From NCBI GenBank assembly GCA_037308085.1, contig CP147779.1, positions 224,001-288,000 of the forward strand: a stretch of 64,000 nt of DNA. The letters are read 5' to 3'. A model generated the notes under the pieces. It saw nothing but the letters and a program-made list of their open reading frames with translations, searched no databases and was not told where the DNA came from. Within the stretch, counting starts at the first letter, position 1. Each line of letters begins with the position of its first letter. A program made the translations under genes and the position numbers. The stretch comes from Promethearchaeati archaeon SRVP18_Atabeyarchaeia-1 (GTDB lineage Archaea; Asgardarchaeota; Atabeyarchaeia; Atabeyarchaeales; Atabeyarchaeaceae). Shown piece after piece: positions 1 through 10,297 of the stretch.

Positions 1-1
1 A

Positions 2-508
<507 letters not shown>

Positions 509-599
509 TTCGAGAGTTCAAGGCAACTCAGGATTTATACCGATCTTTGATCTCCACCTTCTGTGGGACAACCGTAGAATCCTTCGCAGGAGACTTCAT

Positions 600-1490
600 T
601 TGAAAGTCAAAACCATCTGTGCTGCTTGCCTCCTACACCGAGGGGTCAGAGAAATCGAGCTTACCGACTCCAGCCCAGAAGTCAAGATGCAAGCTATCAA
701 GAAGCTTTTCGAGTTTCTGTCAGAGAACTTCTCGAGAAATTCGGTTTCAGCGATCCTCGGAACTGAGAGAGATCGGATAATAAGAAAGGAAACAGGTTGC
801 CCTGACCCGTATAAGAAGAAGAAGGCTCTATCAAACGAGTACGCGTTGAAACTGCTTCCAGAAATAAGGAAAGCCCTGGATTCTGAGCAAGCAGGATACG
901 GGAGATTCAGAAAGGCTTGCCTTGCCGCGATAGTGGCGAATTCAATTGAGTTTGACATGCTCGAGCACGATCAGCGACTTGAAGATTTTCCGAGACTTCT
1001 TGCGAGATCTGAAGAAGAACTGAAAATAGATGAAATCAGGGAGATCTATTCGAGAATCAAGAAATCGAAGAGAGTACTTTACCTTGCAGACAACGCGGGG
1101 GAGATAGTAATAGATTCTCTTCTAATCGAGGAGATCATGAAGTTGGGTCCAAGAGTTGTTGTCGTCGTGAAGGAAGGCCCCGTACTGAATGACGCGTTGA
1201 GGGAGGACGCAATACTGGCAGGAATTCCAAAGATAGCAGGCGACGTGATAACTACGGGAACTGATTCCGTGGGGCTTGTACTCTCACAAGCATCTGAGGA
1301 ACTGAAGCAGTGCGTAAGTGAATCTGACTTCATCGTATCAAAAGGAATGGGAAACTATGAGACTATGACTGAGGAGAAAATCCGAGGAAAATGCATTGCT
1401 TACCTGCTTAGGGCAAAGTGCAGCTCGGTGGCTGAGGACCTTGCTGTTGAAGGCGGGTCGAATGTTGCGAAGCTACACTGCTGGGATTAG
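600..1490 (+). CDS. ARMT1/DUF89 damage-control phosphatase
   Basis: N-terminal CxxC, DPY, YLADNAGE, DA, SKGMGNYE motifs. Confidence 0.9.
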   Translation: MKVKTICAACLLHRGVREIELTDSSPEVKMQAIKKLFEFLSENFSRNSVSAILGTERDRIIRKETGCPDPYKKKKALSNEYALKLLPEIRKALDSEQAGYGRFRKACLAAIVANSIEFDMLEHDQRLEDFPRLLARSEEELKIDEIREIYSRIKKSKRVLYLADNAGEIVIDSLLIEEIMKLGPRVVVVVKEGPVLNDALREDAILAGIPKIAGDVITTGTDSVGLVLSQASEELKQCVSESDFIVSKGMGNYETMTEEKIRGKCIAYLLRAKCSSVAEDLAVEGGSNVAKLHCWD

Positions 1491-4400
1491 CTAGAGAGTT
1501 GACGTTTTCGTTGGCTCTTCCGGCGAATAATAGTTCGGAGGCGGACCCTCTTCCAGTCTTTTCCTCTTGCCCCGACTTAGAAGTAGGATCACAAGTAAGG
1601 GAACCGCGACTGCAGCAACCAGTACTGCAAATATCACCTCTACTGGGAACAGCGGCGGTTGCGCCTGGAGTACGTACACCATAGCGTAGTCTGCTGCGTA
1701 CGCGCCATTTGAGTCCACGAAGAGGATCAGGATAAGGAAGTAATCATCTATCAGGCTGAGAGTGGTATGCGTGCCAGGGAGAGTAACAAGGCCTGATTCC
1801 GGTATTAGCAAGCTGCCTTGGAAAGAGCCGGTCATACTATTGTACGGAATTGGAGACACAATGAGTTCCGAATCTACGAGTCCAGGTATAATGTAGAGGT
1901 CATAATCGAAGAGGATCGCATATGCTTTCATGTTGGTGACATTGTCTTCGACACTGGAGCCTCTGATCACGATAGACAGTGCGTCACCCGCGTACACTGG
2001 CAGAACAGAGAATTGTAGGGAGTGGCCTACTGGCGTCCTCAGCTCGATGAGCGGATGCGTATCTATCGTAGTGGTCGCATTATCTATCTCAGGGTCTATG
2101 CTTGCAACCATGATGAGGCCAACCGAGTTGAATGTGGAGGTGTGGCCTGCGCTGTTCGCTGATATCCAGTACGTGTAGACGTCAGTTGTATTGCCTGTAG
2201 AGGGGAGGTACTTAGCGACGTAGTAGACTGTGCTATTGACCTGACTTGCCCTCAGAGAAACGTATGTGAGCGGCTTGTCATTGGCGAGATAGAAGTTGCG
2301 TGATCTAGTCAAGTACACTGTGACGTTCGAATCAGGTTGCTCCAAGCCTGATACGGCAATCGTGAAGGTCACACTGTCATTGTGACGCAGTATTATTGGA
2401 GTGCCATCCGGGAGGAGGCTCCGGTAAATTACGGGTAATTGATTCTTGTACGCCGGATTGTTGTAGGTCGAAAGTGTGATGTTCAGAATGTCTGGTGGCG
2501 TGTTGACGACCTCAACGTAGAATATCCTATCAATGTTCAGCCCTCCTATTATTGTCTTGGCATTCACGCTGAACTTGTAGAATCCTTCAGCTTCCAATTC
2601 GACGGTCATGTTGTAATAGATACCTGCGATGTCGCTCTTTAACTCAATAGGAATCATCGACCCGTTGTCGGCTATACATGCCAGAGTAGAGGAAAGCAAC
2701 CCACCTGTAGTTCTATTAGTCACTGTCACTCCGATCTGAAGTGATTCACCAGTTCTTACCCTCGGACTGGACACTATTGTCTCTAGCGAGGCATTCACTT
2801 TTCCTAGTAGCCAGTCGAAAATGTTCTCAGCAAGCTTCAGGTTTCCGGGATATGCTGCGCTGGTAAGGTAATCATCCGTGGCGAACCATATGCCCCCAGA
2901 AGCGACTACACGGCCGCCCTCTGGCACATCACATGCAGCTAGAGTCGCGAGTGTGCCATACTCTGCTGGAGTAAATGCAATGGGGATTGCGGGGCTGCTA
3001 ATGGATAGCGTTGAGCCGTAACCGTACAGGTAGCTTGTGAGACCGCTTGTTACCGGGTGACTTGACAGATCTGTGATGACAATATTCGAGGTGATCACCT
3101 TGGCGAACACTAAATCAGTGTACTTAGAGACAAGGTTTTGAGCAAATTCTACTCCATATTTGGCTGTAATCTCATTGACTTTCTCGGTCGCCATGTCTGG
3201 GTAATCGGTGCCAAGCACTAGCAAAGAACCATTGTTGTCGACGAATCTCTGGATCGCGTTGGTCTCCTCTGAGCCAAACATGATCTTCGGGTCCGTCAGG
3301 ACAAGGACATCGTACTGACTGATTTTCGAGTAATCTATCGGCTCGTTATTCTCGTAGGTACTATATCCGCGGGATCTCAGTGTTGTGGCAAGCTTGTAGA
3401 GAACGCTCATAATCGAGAAGGCCGAGTCTGTGTGGAACAGATCGAAGTATACTCGACCCTTCGGATTTTCGACGCTGAAACTAACTGTGATATTCTGACC
3501 GGGGACGAACTCGTGGGTAGTAGTGTTTTGGAACCCTATCTGGGCTACGTATCGTCCTAGAGCTGCATTCACGGGTATCGAGACATTGACGTATAGACCT
3601 GTGAAGCCAACTATGTTTGCCAAACTTGTGTTGCTCAGATTGATGAATGAGGTCGCATTGCCAGATACCGCGATATTCAGATTTGCTGTGAAGGCTGTCA
3701 GCACAGTTGCACCCAGCTGCAGTGAGTCGCCAAGGTACCCGACAAAGTATGGCGGATTGATCAACTGTCTCGGGTAGACACTGAGAACCGGATAGTGAAG
3801 CCTGTTCCCGAACCCCACCAAGTATGTGTAGGCCGCAGAGACATCTATTAGCCCTGCTCCTTGAGCGTTGGCATCTGCCCCCAAGCTGTTAGCAGTATGC
3901 ATTAGCGCAATTCTAACCGTTGTAGGAATTTCCACCTTGAGCTGTGATGGCAAGGCTGTTCTATTCAGTAGGCTCAGACCAGAGGCACTTAGGAGCAAAG
4001 CGGCAGCTCCTGAAACAAATGGTGTAGCTGCGCTCGTGCCGTCCATTTTGACGTAACCGCCATATGAGATGCCGAGGCGGTAGGCATAGAGAGAGACAGA
4101 GGAAAGGCTAGCCAATGTGGACCAAATACCCACGCCAGGTGCCAGCACATCTGGGTACGGCCGACCATCCAGCGTTGGTCCCCTGCTACTGAAAGAGGCG
4201 ATGGAGTTGCTTTCGTTGTATGCTCCCACAGATATGGCGAGCCTCGCTGCTGCAGGAGTCTCGCCGGTTGAGTAATATGGTCCATTGTTTCCAGCTGCAA
4301 CCACCACGACCACACCACTTCTGGCAGCGCTATCGACTGCCAAGCTGAGGGGATCGTCTGGATCAGCTGAGCCTCCACCCAGTGACAGACTGATCACATC

Positions 4401-5225
4401 CGCGCCATTGCCAACAGACCATTGAATCGCCGCGATTATTCCGGCAGTGAATCCCCTGCCAAAACTGTCTATGCACTTTGCGTTGAGCAGTTTTGCCATC
4501 GGGGCAACACCTCTGTACTCTGGATTCAATACACCAGAGCCGGCCGCGATCCCAGCCACATACGTTCCATGCCCAAAGTCGTCTCCAAGGTTCGTTTCAT
4601 TGTCTAGATAACCGTAGATAGTGTTCACAAATGACTGGCTTGCTACGACCTTCCCCGCCAAGTCGGGGTGTGTAGCATCAATTCCGCTGTCAGCAACTGC
4701 TATCTTGACGCCAGAGCCGTTTGCTACGTTCAATGGTGGAAGGTCTATGGCACTAATCCAAGGCGATGTACGGGATACAGTGGCAATTGTGCCTGATGTC
4801 CCGTTTAGAGGGATAGCCATGATTTCCTTGTTCAGGTATAAGCTACGGATTTCCTTGACCGAAACAAGCCCGCTGATAATGCTGAGGGGCCCTTTAACGA
4901 CGGCGGCTGGTATTACGTTGAATGTGCTGATCAGCTTGAGACTTCCGCCAGCCCCAATTATCTTTCCTACGGAGTTCATATCAACTCCGTCTCTAAAGAC
5001 CACAATTACCTCAATGTCCGCACTTGACTGATGGTCAATCAGGCCTTTGAGCAGAGGATCTACTTTAGCGACAGCGGGCTGTAAGTCAGAACTCACCGTC
5101 TGCTTTTGTCCATTGGAGGTCAGACTAGGCGCTCTAACTATCATTGTCGGAGCGATAATAACCGCCGATATCATTAGAGCAGCCAAAAGGCGCATGGAAT
5201 AGTGATTGACAGTCCTCTCGCTCAA
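1491..5225 (-). CDS. Membrane-anchored S8 subtilase with DUF4350/GIFT-like domain (site-1-protease-like architecture)
   Basis: Signal peptide, propeptide, catalytic triad VADSG/GHGT/GTSAATP, VYFDLFH...YDVLVL..GGSLLVLG module, C-terminal TM helix; start probably 5225 or 5195 rather than 5429. Confidence 0.85.
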   Translation of the reverse strand: MSERTVNHYSMRLLAALMISAVIIAPTMIVRAPSLTSNGQKQTVSSDLQPAVAKVDPLLKGLIDHQSSADIEVIVVFRDGVDMNSVGKIIGAGGSLKLISTFNVIPAAVVKGPLSIISGLVSVKEIRSLYLNKEIMAIPLNGTSGTIATVSRTSPWISAIDLPPLNVANGSGVKIAVADSGIDATHPDLAGKVVASQSFVNTIYGYLDNETNLGDDFGHGTYVAGIAAGSGVLNPEYRGVAPMAKLLNAKCIDSFGRGFTAGIIAAIQWSVGNGADVISLSLGGGSADPDDPLSLAVDSAARSGVVVVVAAGNNGPYYSTGETPAAARLAISVGAYNESNSIASFSSRGPTLDGRPYPDVLAPGVGIWSTLASLSSVSLYAYRLGISYGGYVKMDGTSAATPFVSGAAALLLSASGLSLLNRTALPSQLKVEIPTTVRIALMHTANSLGADANAQGAGLIDVSAAYTYLVGFGNRLHYPVLSVYPRQLINPPYFVGYLGDSLQLGATVLTAFTANLNIAVSGNATSFINLSNTSLANIVGFTGLYVNVSIPVNAALGRYVAQIGFQNTTTHEFVPGQNITVSFSVENPKGRVYFDLFHTDSAFSIMSVLYKLATTLRSRGYSTYENNEPIDYSKISQYDVLVLTDPKIMFGSEETNAIQRFVDNNGSLLVLGTDYPDMATEKVNEITAKYGVEFAQNLVSKYTDLVFAKVITSNIVITDLSSHPVTSGLTSYLYGYGSTLSISSPAIPIAFTPAEYGTLATLAACDVPEGGRVVASGGIWFATDDYLTSAAYPGNLKLAENIFDWLLGKVNASLETIVSSPRVRTGESLQIGVTVTNRTTGGLLSSTLACIADNGSMIPIELKSDIAGIYYNMTVELEAEGFYKFSVNAKTIIGGLNIDRIFYVEVVNTPPDILNITLSTYNNPAYKNQLPVIYRSLLPDGTPIILRHNDSVTFTIAVSGLEQPDSNVTVYLTRSRNFYLANDKPLTYVSLRASQVNSTVYYVAKYLPSTGNTTDVYTYWISANSAGHTSTFNSVGLIMVASIDPEIDNATTTIDTHPLIELRTPVGHSLQFSVLPVYAGDALSIVIRGSSVEDNVTNMKAYAILFDYDLYIIPGLVDSELIVSPIPYNSMTGSFQGSLLIPESGLVTLPGTHTTLSLIDDYFLILILFVDSNGAYAADYAMVYVLQAQPPLFPVEVIFAVLVAAVAVPLLVILLLSRGKRKRLEEGPPPNYYSPEEPTKTSTL

Positions 5226-5648
5226 AACCTTCTCCCCGCCTCTGAGAGTTGATTGACCACTTGCCCATACAAATCTGGCGCTTACAATAATCGAGCCATA
5301 AAGCCCACATCCTTCAGGGATGGGATGAATGGCGGACTTGAATAGTGAAGCACCTGTTTTGCTAAGTGTGAAGCAGGTAATATATTCTTTCCTCTGGGCA
5401 ACAGCCACATCCAGGTCGCCAGAGAGCACATCGAGGAGCAGGAAAAGGTATGGCGAAGAACGAGGCTATCAGGGCAAGCTTAGTCCGTGAACCACGAAGC
5501 CAACACCCTTTGAGGAGTTGGTAGCTCGCCTAATCAGAAGTTCTTATGAAGGCAATAACGACCGCCGACCGCAATTATGGAATAGTAGGAGACTCATAGT
5601 CAAACGGTGATCGATATCTGACTATCGTTCATGCGCCGCAAGTTTGCG

Positions 5649-6785
5649 CTACACTGTCTCAATTGGGAGTCTATTCAACACTTCCTGTGCAGAATCATTG
5701 ACGAGCACCGTCTCCTCTAGTTTTATTCCCCCGATCTCGCGAACTAGAGTTTGAACCTTGATGCACATGACCATCCCTGGCTTGATGAGGCGAACCTCAT
5801 TCTCGAAGATCCTAGGCCACTCGTAGAGTTCTAAGCCAATCCCATGCCCAGTGACATCAGTCCCACCTTCGGCAGAAAGACTCTTCAAGAAACTCTTGAT
5901 TGAGCCTACCATATCCGAGGATGTCGCGCCTGGCCTTATTTGCTCGATTGTTTTCGCCAAGATCTTTCTAGATAGCTCAAAGGCCTTCCTGTGTTTCTCA
6001 GCAGGTTTTCCAGTGTATATTGTCCTTGCGACATCCGAGCAGTACTCGTTGTAAATGGCTGAGATGTCTATTGCGACAAATTCGTCCGCATCTATATTTC
6101 TCTGCTTGGCTGACGTCAGTTTCTGTCCACTTCTTGGTCCAGAGGCAATCATGCTATCGAAGGCTGTGCGTCTTGATCCAGCTTTCCTCATTGTCCGTTC
6201 GACTTCTGCAGCTACCTCCAACTCAGTCACGCCAGGTTGTATCAGCTCTATGGCTGTTCGGATTCCTCTCTCGGTGATCTCCAATGAGTCACGGAGAGTC
6301 TCGACTTCCTCGTAATCCTTGACTGAACGAATGTCAAGCAGATCCTCCGAAATGTCTTTGAACCCTGTTTTCTCAAGTCGGCTCCTTAGGATTTCGAACA
6401 CGCTAACTGAGACTTGTGAGAATTCCATTCCTATCGTGGCAGAGGAAAGATTGCCAGCCTGAACTAGGCGCTGAATCTCTGCCGCCAGCCCTTTCGAACC
6501 GAATGGCTCATCGACGCTGCTCTCTGATGGGCTTGGAGCATAGTAGCTTATGTTCTTGATCCAGGATGACTCTCGTGATCTTTCGATCTCAGGTGAGGGA
6601 AGAATCAAGCTGGGTTCCCCTTCGTAAGGCAGAAGCAGCGTGGCGGGAGTACCCCCCATCATCGGGGAGAACCCTGAGACGTAATACACGTTGCTAGGGC
6701 TCATCAAAAGCAGCGCATTCAGCCCTTTACGTTCCATGACCTTCCGCAACTTGTCTATCCTTGCGGGAAACTCCCGAATCATCAA
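5649..6785 (-). CDS. Xaa-Pro aminopeptidase/prolidase family (M24)
   Basis: Creatinase-like N domain, YCSDVART, GHGIGLE, GGIKLEE. Confidence 0.9.
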   Translation of the reverse strand: MMIREFPARIDKLRKVMERKGLNALLLMSPSNVYYVSGFSPMMGGTPATLLLPYEGEPSLILPSPEIERSRESSWIKNISYYAPSPSESSVDEPFGSKGLAAEIQRLVQAGNLSSATIGMEFSQVSVSVFEILRSRLEKTGFKDISEDLLDIRSVKDYEEVETLRDSLEITERGIRTAIELIQPGVTELEVAAEVERTMRKAGSRRTAFDSMIASGPRSGQKLTSAKQRNIDADEFVAIDISAIYNEYCSDVARTIYTGKPAEKHRKAFELSRKILAKTIEQIRPGATSSDMVGSIKSFLKSLSAEGGTDVTGHGIGLELYEWPRIFENEVRLIKPGMVMCIKVQTLVREIGGIKLEETVLVNDSAQEVLNRLPIETV

Positions 6786-6951
6786 GACATTCTCTCCTTA
6801 TTTCTAGAGAAACCAAGTTCGTTCAAATACTTTGCGGAGATTAAAGGGTCAGCGGCAGATGAGTTCAAGTGGGCGCAATGCAGTAACAATTAATTACGGG
6901 ATGCTGTACTCTCTATTGAAGAGCCCGTTGAACAAAGAGGCATGAACTTGT

Positions 6952-7443
6952 ATGAGCGAGCCGGTCACTGTGACGGTGAGGATCCCTAAGGAGCTAGTCA
7001 AGGAGCTGGACGCGAAAGTCGAACCGAGATACAGATCTGAGTACATCAGGCAAGCCATAATGGACAAACTAAAGAGCGGGCCAGCCGAGTCGCCTACAAG
7101 AGGCAGAAATGATGAGATAAATGAGCTCAAGGCTAGGATATCGGCTTTGGAGAACGCTATCAGGGGTTTGGGCAAGAAGGGTTACGAGGCACAAGTTCCA
7201 GCGCTCTTGGAAGTCATCGCCCTTGACGAAACGGACAGGAAGATAATCAGCTATCTTGTTGAACACAAGAGTGCGACAACAAAAGAGTTGGAGAAAGTAG
7301 TAAATCTGAGAAGAAGAATGATACTAGAACGGACAAAAGAGATTGAGAATAAGTACGAGGAGAAATTCGGCAAGCCTTTCCTAAAGTTTGTGCGTGGGAA
7401 AAGAGACGGGAAAAGACAGGCTTGGTGGCTTGCCGACTCATAG
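6952..7443 (+). CDS. Ribbon-helix-helix + coiled coil + winged-helix DNA-binding protein
   Basis: N-terminal TVTVRIP..LD...RSEYIRQAI (RHH); C-terminal DETDRKIISYL wHTH-like segment. Confidence 0.7.
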   Translation: MSEPVTVTVRIPKELVKELDAKVEPRYRSEYIRQAIMDKLKSGPAESPTRGRNDEINELKARISALENAIRGLGKKGYEAQVPALLEVIALDETDRKIISYLVEHKSATTKELEKVVNLRRRMILERTKEIENKYEEKFGKPFLKFVRGKRDGKRQAWWLADS

Positions 7444-7486
7444 TCGAGAGCTTCGTGCAGGAGCTTCGTGTTGTCACGCTATAGTG

Positions 7487-7577
7487 GGGCCCGTGGCCTA
7501 GTCAGGATAGGGCGTCGGCCTCCGATCGATTGGGAGACAGCCGATGGTCGTGGGTTCAAATCCCTCCGGGCCCGCCA
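7487..7577 (+). tRNA. tRNA-Arg(CCG) with 13-nt intron at 37/38 (7526-7538), CCA encoded
   Basis: Acceptor GGGCCCG/CGGGCCC, anticodon stem TCGGC/GCCGA, BHB central helix CTCC/GGAG with bulges GAT and ACA. Confidence 0.95.
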
Positions 7578-7653
7578 CACAATCTGGTTCTTCTATTGCG
7601 ACCAGTTGCAGAGCCCTTCTTCGAAACCTAAAGCCCTTAGCCTTGTCACAGAT

Positions 7654-8139
7654 TCAGACTGGCTTGGGTGGATATCCCACTAGAGGCGGTTCGATGTTCA
7701 TTTGCCAGAGGAGCGCGATCAGTTCGCCTCGGTGAAGAAGCTCCTCTTCGAACACGTGAACCAAGATGTCTTCTGTGGTGATTTCCGCCTCCCCTTTTCC
7801 GTGAACTTTCAGCTTTTCAGACAGCATCCCTAGGGACAGCGATTCGAGGTAGCTCCGCATTCGCTTTTCTACTTGCTCCATGTAAGTTCTTACGTCGTCG
7901 TAACTCTTGTATTCCTCAAATCTCTTCTTCGAGCAGAGGTTCTGCTTTTGAAGGAAGTCCAGCCAAAAATCAATCGCGTTCAGAGTGTGAATGAATATAT
8001 TTCTAATTGAGTGAAAGCTGGCCTCTCTGTTCTTCGTGAACTCTTCCCAAGGGAGCCCAGTGAACTTTTCGAAGAAGGCATGCCTCTCTATTCTGTTGTA
8101 CTCCAAGAGCTTGTTGACATCAACCAATTGGATCACCAA
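7654..8139 (-). CDS. DinB/YfiT family protein
   Basis: SIRNIFIH...W and ILVHVFEEELLHRGEL motifs. Confidence 0.85.
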   Translation of the reverse strand: MVIQLVDVNKLLEYNRIERHAFFEKFTGLPWEEFTKNREASFHSIRNIFIHTLNAIDFWLDFLQKQNLCSKKRFEEYKSYDDVRTYMEQVEKRMRSYLESLSLGMLSEKLKVHGKGEAEITTEDILVHVFEEELLHRGELIALLWQMNIEPPLVGYPPKPV

Positions 8140-8353
8140 GATTCATTGGTAGGCGAACCTCACTAATAAAACCCAATGGGATCAATTTGATGGGAGTGCC
8201 GCTTTCCACCCCAGCATCGTGGAGGATTTGGGGCGTTTGGGACTAAAGTTTTATCGGAAAGATAGGCAGAGTCACTCACGAAGCCCGCCAACGAGTTTCA
8301 CCACTCTGGTATGGTCGTCATCAGGGCACAAAGTGAGTATTCAGTAAGATGAG

Positions 8354-10267
8354 GTGCAAAGCTTGATTTCGGAGTTGAAGAATGCTGTCAAATCCCTGCT
8401 AGAAAAAGCGATTTCGAAGGCTGGGATCTCTGTGGAGTTCCCATTGGAAGAGACGATTGAGAAACCCCCTGATCCCAAGCTAGGCGATTTCACCTCAACG
8501 GTCGCTCTCAGACTCGCCAAGCAGATAAGAATGAAGCCAATCGAAGTGGCCAGAAAGATCTACGAAGGCATCCAGATTCCGAGGTCAGGCGGAGTTTTTG
8601 AACGGATCGAGGTCAAACCGCCTGGATACATCAACTTCTTCGTGAAATATCCGAATCTGGCAAAAATGACGATAGAAAGAGTAATTGAGCAAGGAGACAA
8701 GTATGGGTGGAACGAATCTGGTCAGGGCAGAAAGGTTCTTGTTGAACACACCTCAATCAACCCAACGAAACCATTGCATATCGGGCACCTGAGGAACGCG
8801 GTGATAGGAGACATCATTTCCAGGATCTACTCCGCCTGCAGGTGGAAAGTCGAAGTCGAGAACCTGATCGACGACATGGGCAGGCAAGTCGCCGTTCTGG
8901 TTTGGGGTCTAAAGAACAACGTTCACCTAGAAGTTCCTAGAGAAAATGATATGAAGCTTGACTTGTGGTACGGGCTCGTATACTCCAAGGCTGACTCAAG
9001 ACTAGTCGCCGAACCAAGTCTTGAGAAAGAGATCGAAGAAATAATGCGCGAGATGCACGATGAGACAAGTGAGACGTCAAGATTCGCAAGGACAGTTTCA
9101 GAGAAGTGCGTCGAGTCAAATCTCGAGACAACCTCAAGGATGGGCGTCTTCTACGACCTCTTGGTTTGGGAGAGCGACATTGGTCAAGCCGATGTTTGGG
9201 ACGAAGCCTTCCAGAAGTTGAAGAAGAGCCCAGAGCACTTTGGGATCGAAACCGAAGGAGAGTACAAAGGCTGCTTCGTGGCCAAACTAGGTCACTTGGA
9301 GGAATTCAAGGACCTAAAGAGCAGCGACAAGGTCATAGTCAGGTCGAATGGCGTCCCAACCTACATCGCAAGTGACATAGCCTATCAGATGTGGAAATTC
9401 GGGCTATTAGATACGGACATGATGTACAGGTTACATCATGTGCAACCTAGCGGGAGAGCACTCTGGACTACTTCGCCAATTTTGGCAATCAAAGAACACG
9501 AGAAGTTTGCACGCGCAGACAGAGTCGTAAACGTAATAGGATACGAACAGAACTACCTGCAACAGATCATACGTTCATGCCTGAAGTTGCTGGGGCACGA
9601 GAGGGAATCCGACAACTCGATTCACTTATCATACAAGCATGTCGAAGTTGCCGGCGGACGATTCTCGGGAAGATCAGGTAACTGGTTTGGCTTCCACGCG
9701 GACGCCGTCGTGAATAGGACCATGATTCAAGCATATGAGCAGGCCTGCAAGAATTGCCCTGAACTCCCAGAATTAAAGAAGAGAGAGATTGCCGAAATTA
9801 TAGGCGTTGGAGCCGTTAGATACTGGCTGACGAAGTTTAAGCTTGACCAGACAATAATATTCGACTACGACAAGGTAACCGACTTCAACGGCGAAACTGG
9901 ACCATACATCCAGTATGCGGCCGTCAGGGCCAATAGTATTGTCCAGAAGGCAGGTGGAGAGAAGTCAATTGATCTTGGCAGGGTTAATTTTGAGATACTT
10001 AAAGGCGACACGGACATAGAACTTGTCAAGGAGATCATGGCCTTTCCCGATACCTTGGACGAGTGCGTCAGGAGCCACTCACCGAACACATTAGCAAGCT
10101 ACACGTACGGTTTAGCAGTGAAGTTCAACAAGTTCTATGAGAAGCGCCCAGTATTGACCGCCGGAGACGAAGAGAGGAGAGCACGGCTCGCGCTCGTGGC
10201 TGCCTCGAAGCAAACACTACTCAACGCCCTTAGTTTGCTTGGGATACAGGTTCCAGAGCAGATGTGA
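8354..10267 (+). CDS. argS: Arginyl-tRNA synthetase
   Basis: VEHTSINPTKPLHIGHLRN, FSGRSG, GETGPYIQYA, C-terminal VPEQM. Confidence 0.97.
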   Translation: MQSLISELKNAVKSLLEKAISKAGISVEFPLEETIEKPPDPKLGDFTSTVALRLAKQIRMKPIEVARKIYEGIQIPRSGGVFERIEVKPPGYINFFVKYPNLAKMTIERVIEQGDKYGWNESGQGRKVLVEHTSINPTKPLHIGHLRNAVIGDIISRIYSACRWKVEVENLIDDMGRQVAVLVWGLKNNVHLEVPRENDMKLDLWYGLVYSKADSRLVAEPSLEKEIEEIMREMHDETSETSRFARTVSEKCVESNLETTSRMGVFYDLLVWESDIGQADVWDEAFQKLKKSPEHFGIETEGEYKGCFVAKLGHLEEFKDLKSSDKVIVRSNGVPTYIASDIAYQMWKFGLLDTDMMYRLHHVQPSGRALWTTSPILAIKEHEKFARADRVVNVIGYEQNYLQQIIRSCLKLLGHERESDNSIHLSYKHVEVAGGRFSGRSGNWFGFHADAVVNRTMIQAYEQACKNCPELPELKKREIAEIIGVGAVRYWLTKFKLDQTIIFDYDKVTDFNGETGPYIQYAAVRANSIVQKAGGEKSIDLGRVNFEILKGDTDIELVKEIMAFPDTLDECVRSHSPNTLASYTYGLAVKFNKFYEKRPVLTAGDEERRARLALVAASKQTLLNALSLLGIQVPEQM

Positions 10268-10297
10268 GAGAATGTTATGGTTCTGTTACCTCTGCGG

